Assembly: GCA_963766735.1 (NCBI GenBank)
Contig: CAVYBU010000002.1
Location: 160,001 to 224,000 of the forward strand
Origin: an uncultured Chloroflexia bacterium
GTDB lineage: Bacteria; Chloroflexota; Limnocylindria; Limnocylindrales; CSP1-4
DNA: 64,000 bases
Direction: 5' to 3'
Made by a program: the position numbers and the translations under genes. This document shows positions 54,951-64,000 of this stretch, one piece after another (the first letter of the stretch is position 1; each line of letters begins with the position of its first letter). The notes below the pieces were generated by a model. It worked only from the letters and a program-made list of their open reading frames with translations, was not told the DNA's origin and made no database searches.

Positions 54951-56180
54951 CTACCTGCCCTCGAGCCCCGCGCTCAGCTCGACGAAGGCGAGGTCCTCCT
55001 CGTCGGTGAGGTCGGCCTGGGCGTACTGCTTCGCCGTCACTTCCGGCGGCGGGAACAGCAGCGGGTTGTCCGCCAGCTCGGCGTCCGTGGTGCGGATGAA
55101 ATCGGCAACGCCCTTGACCGGCGAGATGTAGTAGATCCAGGCGGCCAGGCGCGCCGCATTGCCCACGTCGTAGACGAAGTCGATCATCGCCTCGGCGGCC
55201 GCCTTGTGGACGGCGCCCTTCGGGATCTGCATGTTGTCGGTCCAGATGATCGACCCCTCGTCCGGGTAGATGAACCGGTCATCGTCGCCACCCGAGGAGG
55301 CGAGGTCGCCCGACCACACCTCGGCCACCCACGTGTCGCCGGAGCCGAAGTCCTGGAGGTACTCGTTGCCCGTGAAGGCCCGGATGTGGCCGCTTTCGAC
55401 GTACGGCGTGAGGAAGTCGGTGATCTTCTGGGCATCTTCGAGGGTCAGGTCGGGCGGCGTGTTGGTGATCGTGCCCTGCTCCAGCAGGAGGAGGCTGATC
55501 AGCGAGAACGTGTCCTGCCACCCGGTCAGCAGCGTGACCTTGCCCTTCCAGGCCGGGTCGAACAGGTCGGCGATCGCGGTCAGGTCCTTGCCGGTGGAGA
55601 CCACGTTGTAGCCCACGCCCGTGGCGCCCGACTGCCACGGAAAGTGATAGGTCATGTCCGGGTCCCAGCCCAGGCCCCGGAGCTCATCGCGGACGTTGGC
55701 CGCCGCGGTGGGCACGCTGGCGGGGTTGATCGTCTCCGCCCAGCCCAGGCGCACCAGCCGGGCCGCCATGTAGTCCGTCAGGACGATCAGGTCCCAGCCG
55801 GTGTCGAGCCCGGCCTTGAGGGGCTGGGCGAGAGTTGCGAAGAAGTCCTCGTTGGACTGGATGTCCTCGACGTAGTTGACTTCGATCCCGTACTTGGCCC
55901 GGAAGTCGTCCAGGGTCGGGGAGGCGGACTCGTCGTCGTTGAGGTCAACGTAGGCGGGCCAGTTGGCGAAGTTGAGCGGGCCCTCGATCGGGCCCGAGCC
56001 GCCGTCCATGGAGGGCGCGGGCGTCGCCGGCCCGGAGGTCGCCGCGGGCCCCGAGGTCGCCGCCGGCGTGGAGCCACTGCTCCCGCACGCCGCGAGGAAC
56101 GCGGAGAGTCCGACGAGCGAGCCTCCCTTGAGGACGGCCCGACGGCTGATCGGGTACTCCACGAGATCGGTTGTTGCCAT
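54951..56180 (-). CDS. potD: Polyamine ABC substrate-binding lipoprotein (Tat signal)
   Basis: SRRAVLK, LAAC, NFANWPAY, PWQSG, WSGD, PDEG..IWTDNM. Confidence 0.85.
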   Translation of the reverse strand: MATTDLVEYPISRRAVLKGGSLVGLSAFLAACGSSGSTPAATSGPAATSGPATPAPSMDGGSGPIEGPLNFANWPAYVDLNDDESASPTLDDFRAKYGIEVNYVEDIQSNEDFFATLAQPLKAGLDTGWDLIVLTDYMAARLVRLGWAETINPASVPTAAANVRDELRGLGWDPDMTYHFPWQSGATGVGYNVVSTGKDLTAIADLFDPAWKGKVTLLTGWQDTFSLISLLLLEQGTITNTPPDLTLEDAQKITDFLTPYVESGHIRAFTGNEYLQDFGSGDTWVAEVWSGDLASSGGDDDRFIYPDEGSIIWTDNMQIPKGAVHKAAAEAMIDFVYDVGNAARLAAWIYYISPVKGVADFIRTTDAELADNPLLFPPPEVTAKQYAQADLTDEEDLAFVELSAGLEGR

Positions 56181-56202
56181 GTGGGCCTCCTCCTTGTGTC
56201 GG

Positions 56203-57321
56203 TCAGTCCGTTGCGCCGGACGCCGGTGGACCGGCGATGGCAAAGGTGTTGTCGGGCGACCACGTGAGCAGGACGGCCTCTCCGGGGCGCCACAGCTCCG
56301 ATCGTGAAGCGCGCTCGACATTCTGCTCGTAGACGGTGATGCGCCTGCCGCCCGCCGTCTCGACCTGGTACTGCGTGCTGACGCCCATGTAGGAGGCGTC
56401 ACGAACGGTGCCGGCGAGGCGGTTGTGGTGCTCCGGTGTCTCCGCAGCGGGATCGCTGAGCCGGATCTTCTCCGGTCGAACGCCCACCTTGAGCTTGGTG
56501 GTTCCGTCGCTGAAGGCACGAGGCACCCGCACCAGGGTGTCGTCGTCCATTCGCACCAGCGCGTAGTCGTCGGCCATGCCATCCGGGCGCCCGGGCAACA
56601 GGTTGCTGACGCCCAGGAAGCCGGCCACGAACTCCGTGGTCGGGTGTTCGTACAGGGTCTCGGGGTCGGCCAGCTGCTCGTAGTGGCCCCTGTTCATCAC
56701 CGCGATGCGATCGGACATCGTCATCGCCTCTTCCTGGTCGTGGGTCACGTAGATGAACGTGATCCCCACCTCCTGCTGGATGCGCTTGAGCTCGACCTGC
56801 ATCTGCTTGCGCAGCTTGAGGTCGAGCGCGCCCAGGGGCTCGTCGAGGAGGAGGACGGCGGGCCGGTTGATGAGCGCCCGCGCGAGCGCGACGCGCTGGG
56901 CCTGGCCGCCGGAGATCTGGGTGGGTTTGCGACGGTCGAAGCCCTCGAGCTGGACGAGCTTCAGCATCTGCTCGACACGCGAGCGCACCTCGTCGCCCTT
57001 CACTCCCTTGCGGCGGAGGCCGAACGCCACGTTCTCGAAGATGGTGAGGTGCGGGAACAGGGCGTAGTTCTGGAACACGGTGTTCACGTTGCGCTGGTAG
57101 GGCGCCAGCCACGTCACGTCCTGCCCCTGCAGCTCGATCAGGCCCGACGTGGGCTGCTCGAAGCCGCCGATCATGCGCAGGGTGGTTGTCTTGCCGCACC
57201 CGGAGGGACCGAGAAGGCTGAAGAATTCACCGTCAAGCACCTCGAGATCGATGTGATCGACGGCGAGAACGTCACCGTACTTCTTGGTGATCTGGACCAG
57301 ACGGACGTCCACGTTCGGCAC
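56203..57321 (-). CDS. potA: Polyamine ABC transporter ATP-binding protein
   Basis: GPSGCGKT, VFQNYALFPH, ISGGQ, LLDEPLGALD, TOBE domain. Confidence 0.92.
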   Translation of the reverse strand: MPNVDVRLVQITKKYGDVLAVDHIDLEVLDGEFFSLLGPSGCGKTTTLRMIGGFEQPTSGLIELQGQDVTWLAPYQRNVNTVFQNYALFPHLTIFENVAFGLRRKGVKGDEVRSRVEQMLKLVQLEGFDRRKPTQISGGQAQRVALARALINRPAVLLLDEPLGALDLKLRKQMQVELKRIQQEVGITFIYVTHDQEEAMTMSDRIAVMNRGHYEQLADPETLYEHPTTEFVAGFLGVSNLLPGRPDGMADDYALVRMDDDTLVRVPRAFSDGTTKLKVGVRPEKIRLSDPAAETPEHHNRLAGTVRDASYMGVSTQYQVETAGGRRITVYEQNVERASRSELWRPGEAVLLTWSPDNTFAIAGPPASGATD

Positions 57322-57402
57322 GGCTGAAGCGGTGCTCCTCCATCGCCATGGGCCGCAGGCCGGGACCTTGATCCTGGCCACCCGTGCGGACGTTACACGG
57401 CT

Positions 57403-57450
57403 CAACCCTGTCGGCTTTCGAACCATAGGGTTGTGAATGGTGAGTGTCAA
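57403..57450 (-). promoter_or_regulatory. Sigma-70 promoter of the pot operon with an overlapping inverted repeat
   Basis: Minus strand TTGACA-N17-TATGGT (57450-57422); CAACCCT...AGGGTTG at 57403-57433. Confidence 0.75.
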
Positions 57451-57706
57451 ATCGACGATACCGGCGCTGGCTGGCACTTGCGGATGCGAGATTCGCACAG
57501 ATAGGTGCACTGCTGAAACTTGATTCGTACCGCGGTGCGGGGCGTCCTTCCGTTCTCGCACGGACCGGGGGCTGCCGCTCCGGACCCGGTCGCGGCGGGT
57601 CGCGAGGCCGCGGCCGCGCCCGCGTCGGGGCGCGGGTACGATACCGGCGACCCGCGTGGCCGACTGGCGCACGTCCCCCCGTGCCACTGGAGCGAGATCC
57701 AACACG

Positions 57707-58783
57707 ATGACCATGATCACCGAGGCTGCCGTCCTCGCCGCCCTCCGCACCGTCCAGGAGCCCGAGCTGGGCGGCGACCTCGTCACCCGGAACATGGTCC
57801 GGGACATCGCGATCGATGGCGCGGACGTCGCGTTCACGATCGAGCTGACGACCCCCGCCTGCCCGCTCAAGGACCAGATCGAAGCCGAGGTCCGCGCTGC
57901 GCTTGCGCCTGTGGGCGTCGCAGGCGTCGCGATCACCTGGGGCGCGATGGTCCGGCGCTCCGCCCCGCGCTCCGCTGAGCAGCTGGTCCCGGGCGTGAAG
58001 AACGTGATCGCGGTGGCGTCCGGCAAGGGGGGCGTCGGCAAGAGCACGGTGAGCGTCAACCTCGCCGTCGCGCTCGCGAAGGCCGGTGCGGCTGTCGGGC
58101 TGCTGGACGCGGACATCACCGGTCCCAACATCCCGATGATGCTGGGACTCGAGGGTCAGCCGGTCTCCAGCCCGAACAACAAGATCGTCCCGCTCGAGCG
58201 CCACGGCGTGAAGGCCATCTCGATCCAGTTCTTCGTGCCTGAGGGTCAGCCCATCGTGTGGCGCGGCCCGCTCATCGGCGGAGCCATCTCGCAGTTCCTG
58301 CGCGACGTCGAGTGGGGCGAGCTGGACTACCTGGTGGTTGACCTGCCGCCCGGCACTTCCGATGCGCAGCTGACGTTGGCCCAGGCAGTGCCGATCAGCG
58401 GCACCGTGCTGGTGACCACGCCCCAGGACGTTGCCCTCTCGGACGTGACCAAGGCACTCGCCATGCTGCGCCGCCTCAACGTCCCGATCATCGGCATCGT
58501 GGAGAACATGAGCGCGTTCGTCTGCCCGCACTGCGGCGATGCGACCGAGATCTTCGGGCACGGTGGCGGCGAGCGGTTCGCGCAGCAGCACGGCGTGGAC
58601 TTCCTGGGCAAGATCCCGCTGGACGTCACGGTGCGCCAGGGCGGCGACGCCGGCGTGCCGGCGGTGGCCCAGCGCGAGCCGGGTCCTGCCGCGCAGGCGC
58701 TGGAGACCATGGCGGGCCTGGTCGCCGCGCGGATGAGCGTGCGCGCGGAGAGCGCCCAGACGCCGATCCTCTCGATCACCTAG
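57707..58783 (+). CDS. mrp: Mrp/ApbC Fe-S cluster carrier ATPase with N-terminal DUF59 domain
   Basis: LTTPACP, SGKGGVGKST, DLPPGTSD, ENMS..CPHC. Confidence 0.95.
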   Translation: MTMITEAAVLAALRTVQEPELGGDLVTRNMVRDIAIDGADVAFTIELTTPACPLKDQIEAEVRAALAPVGVAGVAITWGAMVRRSAPRSAEQLVPGVKNVIAVASGKGGVGKSTVSVNLAVALAKAGAAVGLLDADITGPNIPMMLGLEGQPVSSPNNKIVPLERHGVKAISIQFFVPEGQPIVWRGPLIGGAISQFLRDVEWGELDYLVVDLPPGTSDAQLTLAQAVPISGTVLVTTPQDVALSDVTKALAMLRRLNVPIIGIVENMSAFVCPHCGDATEIFGHGGGERFAQQHGVDFLGKIPLDVTVRQGGDAGVPAVAQREPGPAAQALETMAGLVAARMSVRAESAQTPILSIT

Positions 58784-58858
58784 AACCGGGGGAGCCGCGC
58801 GCAGGCGGCAGAGGCGCGCGGCGACGGCCAAGCGCCGCGTAGGCGACCTATCCGGCGG

Positions 58859-60108
58859 TCAGGCGCCCGGGTCGTCCCGGAGGAACGCGAGCAGCACGGC
58901 GGCCCCGTTCATGGCCGCCCGGTCCGCACCCTGGCGGCCGCGCTGGAAGGCGAGGCGCCGTTCCACGTGGCGACCCACCGGCGTGGCAACAGCGACCGTG
59001 ACCGAGGTGTCGTTGCCGTCGGCCATTGCGTGGATGGCGAGCCCCACGTCGGCGTGCGCCTCCGCGCGGACCCGCTTCGCCTCGCGCAGCTCAGGTTCGC
59101 CGTCCTCGGGCGACGTCCGGTCCGTGGCCCCAGGCGGTCCGTGGCCCCAGGCGGGTCCAGAGCGACCTCTGCGCGCCGCAGCGCCGTCATGTCCCGGAGA
59201 AGCGTCACCAGCGCGCCACCGGTGCCGCTCTCGGACGTGGCCAGCGACCAGCCTCTGCTCCCGAGGGCCTCGTCCAGCGCGCGCGCCCACGTGGTGTCCC
59301 CGCGCGCCCACACGAACTCGCCGACGCTCGCGAGGACCGCCGCCTCGGCCTCGTCGGCCAGATCGGACGCGGTGCGCCCGTCCGCGGCGCGCGCGGAGAC
59401 CCGCACGTCGACCGCCTCGTGGCGGGCGTACGTGGCCACGATCGGGTTGGTCGCCCGCAGCAGTGCCTCGCCCAGCCGCTCCGCCACCTGCGACTCGCCG
59501 ATCCCGAACAGGCGCATGGTCCGGACGTCGGTGTCCCCGCCGACGCCGCGCTCGGCCAGCCGCGGCAGCACCGTCTCGGCCCACATCGGGCGCATCTCGC
59601 GCGGCGGCCCGGGCAGACTGACGATCACGCGCCCGTCGGGCCGGTCCACCCACCAGCCCGGGGCGGTGCCGTGGGCGTTGGGTAGCGCCGTGGCCGACGG
59701 GATGACCCACGCCTGCTTGATGTTGGTGCCCGGGAACGGGTGACCGCGGCGGGCCCAGAGGCCCTCGAGCCAGGCCAGGACCCCGGGGTCAACGGCGACC
59801 GACTCTCCGCAGGCCTCGGCGACTGCCTCGCGGGTGAGATCGTCGGGGGTGGGCCCCAGGCCGCCGGTCGTGACCACGAGGTCCGCCCGCGTGAGAGCGG
59901 TGAGGAGGGCCTCGACCACGACAGGCAGGTCGTCGGGGAGGTTCGCGATCCGGGTCACCGTCACACCCCGGGTCACCAGGGAGCGGGCGAGGTCGCCGCT
60001 GTTGGTGTCGGTCGTCTCGCCGACCGTCAGCTCGGTGCCGACGGCCAGCAGCTCGGCGCGGAGGATCGGACGGATGGTTGCGGGGGCGTTCGCGAGGACG
60101 TCGGGCAT
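58859..60108 (-). CDS. cinA: CinA-family competence/damage-inducible protein, frameshifted by a 17-bp duplication
   Basis: VGTEL, DTNS, GGLGPTPDDLTRE, GTAPG, LPGPPREM, GIGES; the C-terminus continues in another frame. Confidence 0.85.
59118..59151. repeat. 17-bp tandem duplication CGGTCCGTGGCCCCAGG x2
   Basis: Read directly; coincides with the frame change. Confidence 0.9.
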
Positions 60109-60226
60109 GGATTGCAGCCTACGCCTGCGAACCACTGCCCGCAGGCGCCATGCGATCGCGGGACGCCCGCTGATATCATGTAGGGGTCCCAAGGCCACAG
60201 TCCACGCCCCGCCCGGAGCCCGACCG

Positions 60227-61063
60227 CTGGATCAAGAACGGCCCGACCCCAAGCCGCCCCGCCCTCCCAACCCGCCCGGCGTCCGCCGCCAGCTGGGTTT
60301 GGTGAAGGACGCCGTCATGGGGCTGCTGGCCGCCCATGTCGAGCTGGCCAAGGCGGAGGCCGAGGGGATCAAGGCTGAGGTCACACGAGCCTCAGCGCTC
60401 GCCGCTGCGGCGATCGCCTGTCTCATCCTTCTCGGCTTCCTGGTCCCGATCGGCGGGATCCTGTTCTACGGCGAGTGGGTCTTCGGCTCCATCGGGTGGG
60501 GTCTCCTGCACGGGACCGAGCTGCTGATCGGGATCGCGGTGGCGGCCCTGCTCGTTGCGCTCCGCGTGCCGGGCATGGTCAAGGACGTGGGGATCAGCGC
60601 GATCCTCGGCCTGGTCGTCGCACTCGTCCTGGGCGCCTCGCTGCCGAACCAGCTGTTCCGAGCGATCGGCGAGGCGGCGAACGTGGGCGTCGACGCGGGA
60701 ACCCTCCCGTTGGTCGTCGGCGTGGTGCTCCTGGCCGTCATCGGCGCGATCGCTGGCCTGGTGACCGGGGCGAGGGCCGGGGACAGCGCGTCTGCGGCAG
60801 TGGGGGGCCTCGTTGTGGGGGCTCTTCTCGGCGCCGTGTTGGGCGCCTTTCTCTCGATCACGTTCGGCTGGCGCGTCGGCATCGCAATCGGCGTGGCCGC
60901 CTTCCTGGTGGCGTGGCCTGTCCTCATGGGTATTCGCGTCCAGCGCCAGGGCATCGACCTTGAGGAGCTCAAGGCGCGCTTCTGGCCGCAGGTGACCATC
61001 GACACAACGAAGGAGAGCATCGAGTGGGCGAAGGCACGAGCGTCGCGCGAGCCGAGGTCCTAG
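60227..61063 (+). CDS. Membrane protein, phage-holin-superfamily (Holin-X/YqjE)-like; start uncertain
   Basis: AHVELAKAE...TMs...PQVTIDTTKESIEWAK; start is CTG 60227 or TTG/GTG 60299/60302. Confidence 0.6.
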   Translation: MDQERPDPKPPRPPNPPGVRRQLGLVKDAVMGLLAAHVELAKAEAEGIKAEVTRASALAAAAIACLILLGFLVPIGGILFYGEWVFGSIGWGLLHGTELLIGIAVAALLVALRVPGMVKDVGISAILGLVVALVLGASLPNQLFRAIGEAANVGVDAGTLPLVVGVVLLAVIGAIAGLVTGARAGDSASAAVGGLVVGALLGAVLGAFLSITFGWRVGIAIGVAAFLVAWPVLMGIRVQRQGIDLEELKARFWPQVTIDTTKESIEWAKARASREPRS

Positions 61064-61614
61064 CGGCCCGAGAGGCGCTGGACGAGGAGCTCGTCCGCCT
61101 CGAGGCGTCCGTCCGAGCGGCCGTCGACATCCGCGCCAGGATCAAGCGGAGCCCTGTCAAGGCGGCCGGGCTGGCCGGGGGTGCCGCGTTCGTGGTCCTC
61201 GGCGGTCCGCGGCGCGTGCTGCGCGGTGCCAGGCACGCGGTCTTCGGCCGGCCCGCACCGCTCCCGGAGTCGATGCTCCCGGAGGAGATCGACGCGTCCC
61301 TGCGAAAGCTGGGCGAGGACGGCGACAGGGTCCGCGGCCTCCTCGAGCACGAGTTCGCGAGCTTCCTCGAGCACACCGAGCCCGCCCGCAGGGGGCGGAA
61401 CCTGCGCGGCGCCGCGACCCTCGTGACGGTCGCATTCGTCAGGCCCCTCGTGCTGGGCTACAGCAAGCGTCTCGCCGGGCAGATCTTTGCGGCGGACGGC
61501 AACGAGTACAAGGATCGGCTGGACGCGGTGCGCGCCCGGTTCGGTGGGACCGAGGGGCCGGACTCGAGTACCGAGGGGCCGGACTCGAGTACCAAGGGGC
61601 CGGACTCGGCCTGA
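61024..61614 (+). CDS. Hypothetical protein (DUF3618-like partner of the holin-like gene)
   Basis: ARAEVLAAREAL coiled coil, then P-TM; TEGPDSS x3 tail. Confidence 0.6.
   Translation: MGEGTSVARAEVLAAREALDEELVRLEASVRAAVDIRARIKRSPVKAAGLAGGAAFVVLGGPRRVLRGARHAVFGRPAPLPESMLPEEIDASLRKLGEDGDRVRGLLEHEFASFLEHTEPARRGRNLRGAATLVTVAFVRPLVLGYSKRLAGQIFAADGNEYKDRLDAVRARFGGTEGPDSSTEGPDSSTKGPDSA
61549..61608 (+). repeat. 21-bp in-frame tandem repeat x3
   Basis: ACCGAGGGGCCGGACTCGAGT. Confidence 0.9.
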
Positions 61615-61643
61615 CCGTCCCGGACATGGCAGGCGCCGGGACC

Positions 61644-61731
61644 TGGTAGGCGAGGTCGGATTCGAACCGACACGCCCCTCACGGGGCACCGGCTCCTAAG
61701 GCCGGCGCGTCTGCCATTTCGCCACTCGCCC
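61644..61731 (-). tRNA. tRNA-Leu (anticodon TAG)
   Basis: GGGCGAG acceptor, D-arm TGGCGAAATGGCAGACGC, anticodon loop CTTAGGA, long variable arm, GGTTCGAATCC, encoded CCA. Confidence 0.95.
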
Positions 61732-61870
61732 GTGCCGCGAGTCTAGCGCGCCGTCCGCATCCACCCCGCCCCGGGCTGCGCCCGCACGGACCGGCCATCG
61801 AGTGCGCCCAGCCGCTCCGCCCCCGGCTGCGCCCGCCCGGACCGCCGACCCACCCTATACTCGCCCCGCG

Positions 61871-63292
61871 ATGAATGTGACGGCTACCCCTGCCCCCAAG
61901 AGCTCCATTGTCCTCGAGGTCGAGGTTCCCGCCGACCGGCTCGACCGGTCTATCCGCGATGCGGTTGCGCGCCTGTCGCGCCAGACCCGCGTCGCCGGGT
62001 TCCGGCCCGGGAAGGCCCCGCGCCCCGTCCTCGAACGAGTCCTCGGCCCCACGGCCGTGCTCGAGGAGGCGGTGGACACGCTGGTCCAGGTCTCGTACCG
62101 GGATGCCGTGATCGAGCAGGGGATCGTGCCCCTCACGAACGCCGACGTCGAGATCATCGAGGCGGAGGAGGGCAAGCCGCTCCGCTTCAAGGCCACGATC
62201 CAGGTCCGCCCCGAGGTGACCCTGGGCGACTACGGGAACTTCAATTTCGGCCCTGAGATCGAGACCGTCGACGATGCGAAGATCGACAAGGTGCTCGATG
62301 AGCTCCGGGACCAGAACGCGACGCTGTCGGCGGTCGAGGACCGCCCGGCGAAGGACGGCGACTGGGCCATCATCGGCTTCGAGGGGACGAAGGACGGCGT
62401 TCCGTTCGACGGCGGCAAGACGGACCGGATGCCCCTGGTCATCGGTGAGGACCGCCTGATCCCCGGCTTCGAGGCGCACATCGTCGGCCTGAAGCCCGGC
62501 GAGGCCACCGAGTTCGACATCACCTTCCCGGAGGACTATGCCGAGCCCACCCTCGCGGGCGAACAGGTCCACTTCGCGGTGGACGTCAAGGAGCTGCGCG
62601 AGAAGATCCTGCCGGACGCGGACGACGAGTTCGCCCGGAGCATGGGCGCCTACGAGACGCTCGACGCCCTCAAGGAGAACATCGGCGAGCGGCTGCGCCG
62701 GAACGCCCTGGACCGCGCCCGCCACGAGTTCTCCGACAAGATCATCGAGTACGCGGTGGCCAACGCCACCATCGACCTCCCTGATGTCCTGGTGGAGCAG
62801 GAGGTCGAGGTCATGCATGACGAGTTCCGCACGACGCTCGCCCGGCAGGGGATCGATGAGCCCGCGTACCTCAAGGCGACGAGTCAGGAAGAGGCGGACC
62901 TGCACGCGGAGTTCCGGCCCCGGGCCGAGCAGCGCACGAGGGTCCTCCTTGTCCTGTCCGCCATCGCTGATGTCGAGGGCGTGGAGGTCTCCGACGCCGA
63001 GGTCGAGGCACAGGTGGACCTCGCCCGCGCACGCTACGACGACCCCAAGACTGCTCGCTACTTCGAGTCCGAACGTGGCCGGAACTTCATCCGGAGCACG
63101 CTGCGGCGCACCCAGACAGTCGAGGTCCTCGTCGACCGCTGGCTCGCTGCCCATCCCGAGCATCCGGCTCTGCCGCACATGGAGGATGACGCGCCCTCGG
63201 CCGTCGATGCTCCCGAGGCTGAGGCGGCCGCTGGCATCGACGCTACCGACCCCGGCGCCATCCCCGGTGCCGAAGCCTCCGCCGGAGCCTGA
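61871..63292 (+). CDS. tig: Trigger factor
   Basis: GFRPGKAP ribosome-binding signature; FKBP domain LIPGFE, FPEDY. Confidence 0.97.
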   Translation: MNVTATPAPKSSIVLEVEVPADRLDRSIRDAVARLSRQTRVAGFRPGKAPRPVLERVLGPTAVLEEAVDTLVQVSYRDAVIEQGIVPLTNADVEIIEAEEGKPLRFKATIQVRPEVTLGDYGNFNFGPEIETVDDAKIDKVLDELRDQNATLSAVEDRPAKDGDWAIIGFEGTKDGVPFDGGKTDRMPLVIGEDRLIPGFEAHIVGLKPGEATEFDITFPEDYAEPTLAGEQVHFAVDVKELREKILPDADDEFARSMGAYETLDALKENIGERLRRNALDRARHEFSDKIIEYAVANATIDLPDVLVEQEVEVMHDEFRTTLARQGIDEPAYLKATSQEEADLHAEFRPRAEQRTRVLLVLSAIADVEGVEVSDAEVEAQVDLARARYDDPKTARYFESERGRNFIRSTLRRTQTVEVLVDRWLAAHPEHPALPHMEDDAPSAVDAPEAEAAAGIDATDPGAIPGAEASAGA

Positions 63293-63327
63293 CCCCGACA
63301 CCCGATCCAACGCAGGGGAGACCCGCC

Positions 63328-63966
63328 ATGCTCGTCCCGATGGTCATCGAGTCCACCAGCCGCGGTGAGCGCGCCTACGACATCTACTCGCGGCTGCTGA
63401 AAGAGCGGATCATCTTCCTTGGCGACGCGATCGACGATCACCTCGCCAACCTGGTCATCGCCCAGTTGCTGTTCCTCGAGTCGGAGGATCCCGAGAAGGA
63501 CATCAGCCTCTACGTCAACTCGCCCGGCGGCGTGGTGACGAGCGGGCTCGCCATCTACGACACGATGCAGTACCTGCGGGCCCCCGTCAGCACGATCTGC
63601 ATCGGCATGGCGGCGTCCATGGCGGCTGTCCTGCTGGCGGCCGGTGCGAAGGGCAAGCGGTACGCGCTGCCGCACAGCCGGATCATGATCCACCAGGGCT
63701 CAGGCGGCTTCCGGGGCAACGCGCCCGATGCCATCATCCAGATGAAGGAGTGGGAGCACCTGGTCCAGGTCAACCACGACATCCTGGCCCAGCACACCGG
63801 CCAGACCATCGAGAAGGTCGTCCAGGACACGAACAGGGATTACTTCATGGGCCCCGAGGACGCCAAGGCGTATGGCATCATCGACGCTGTGTACACCGTC
63901 ACCGGTGACTCGCTGATCGCGCAGGCGCACGATGCGGGGCTCGCCGGCGGCAAGACGGTCGAGTAG
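63328..63966 (+). CDS. clpP: ATP-dependent Clp protease proteolytic subunit
   Basis: [30 protein letters not shown]. Confidence 0.98.
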   Translation: MLVPMVIESTSRGERAYDIYSRLLKERIIFLGDAIDDHLANLVIAQLLFLESEDPEKDISLYVNSPGGVVTSGLAIYDTMQYLRAPVSTICIGMAASMAAVLLAAGAKGKRYALPHSRIMIHQGSGGFRGNAPDAIIQMKEWEHLVQVNHDILAQHTGQTIEKVVQDTNRDYFMGPEDAKAYGIIDAVYTVTGDSLIAQAHDAGLAGGKTVE

Positions 63967-63976
63967 GGCAGGGCAC

Positions 63977-64000
63977 ATGCCGACGTCGACGACGGGTTCG
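63977..64000 (+). CDS. Start of the next gene (clpX expected by synteny), partial
   Basis: ATG 10 nt after clpP; only 8 codons visible. Confidence 0.3.

Noticed and set aside
60227-61731. Prophage or island integrated at tRNA-Leu
   Set aside because: No integrase, no duplicated tRNA 3' end and no phage genes; tRNA-Leu beside tig-clpP is ordinary synteny

Overview
A very GC-rich bacterial chromosomal segment, densely coding and mostly housekeeping or envelope genes. The protein families resemble Chloroflexota/Actinomycetota; this is inference, not a determined taxonomy. In order, it contains: a MacAB-like efflux operon with an OmpR-type two-component system; carAB; a CopC/membrane-protein pair; an M16 peptidase pair with an MFS transporter; a His/Asp-rich protein with an ECF sigma and anti-sigma; SRAP; a TPR-rhomboid; a MetE-like protein; an HTH-nuclease fusion; a coxD/coxE/xdhC/mocA molybdo-enzyme accessory cluster; a PadR operon; an ABC-2/rsgA/GNAT operon; class II aldolase; a hisN-like gene; gabT-like and potABCD-like polyamine genes; mrp; cinA; tRNA-Leu(TAG); tig and clpP. 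No CRISPR array, integrase or transposase was seen. Six genes or gene segments are broken by single +1 insertions, probably sequencing error. The most interesting non-standard signals are: (1) a leader-peptide/terminator attenuator ahead of the ABC exporter-rsgA-GNAT-GNAT operon; (2) tandem PyrR-like hairpins next to the SD of a short uORF coupled to carA; (3) an exact 85-bp duplication of a GNAT 5' end flanking a 407-bp insert; (4) an XRE-HTH/PD-(D/E)xK gene beside a 110-bp inverted-repeat element; (5) pervasive leaderless promoters; (6) a two-helix insertion in the EAA loop of PotB; (7) a 17-bp duplication that frameshifts cinA.
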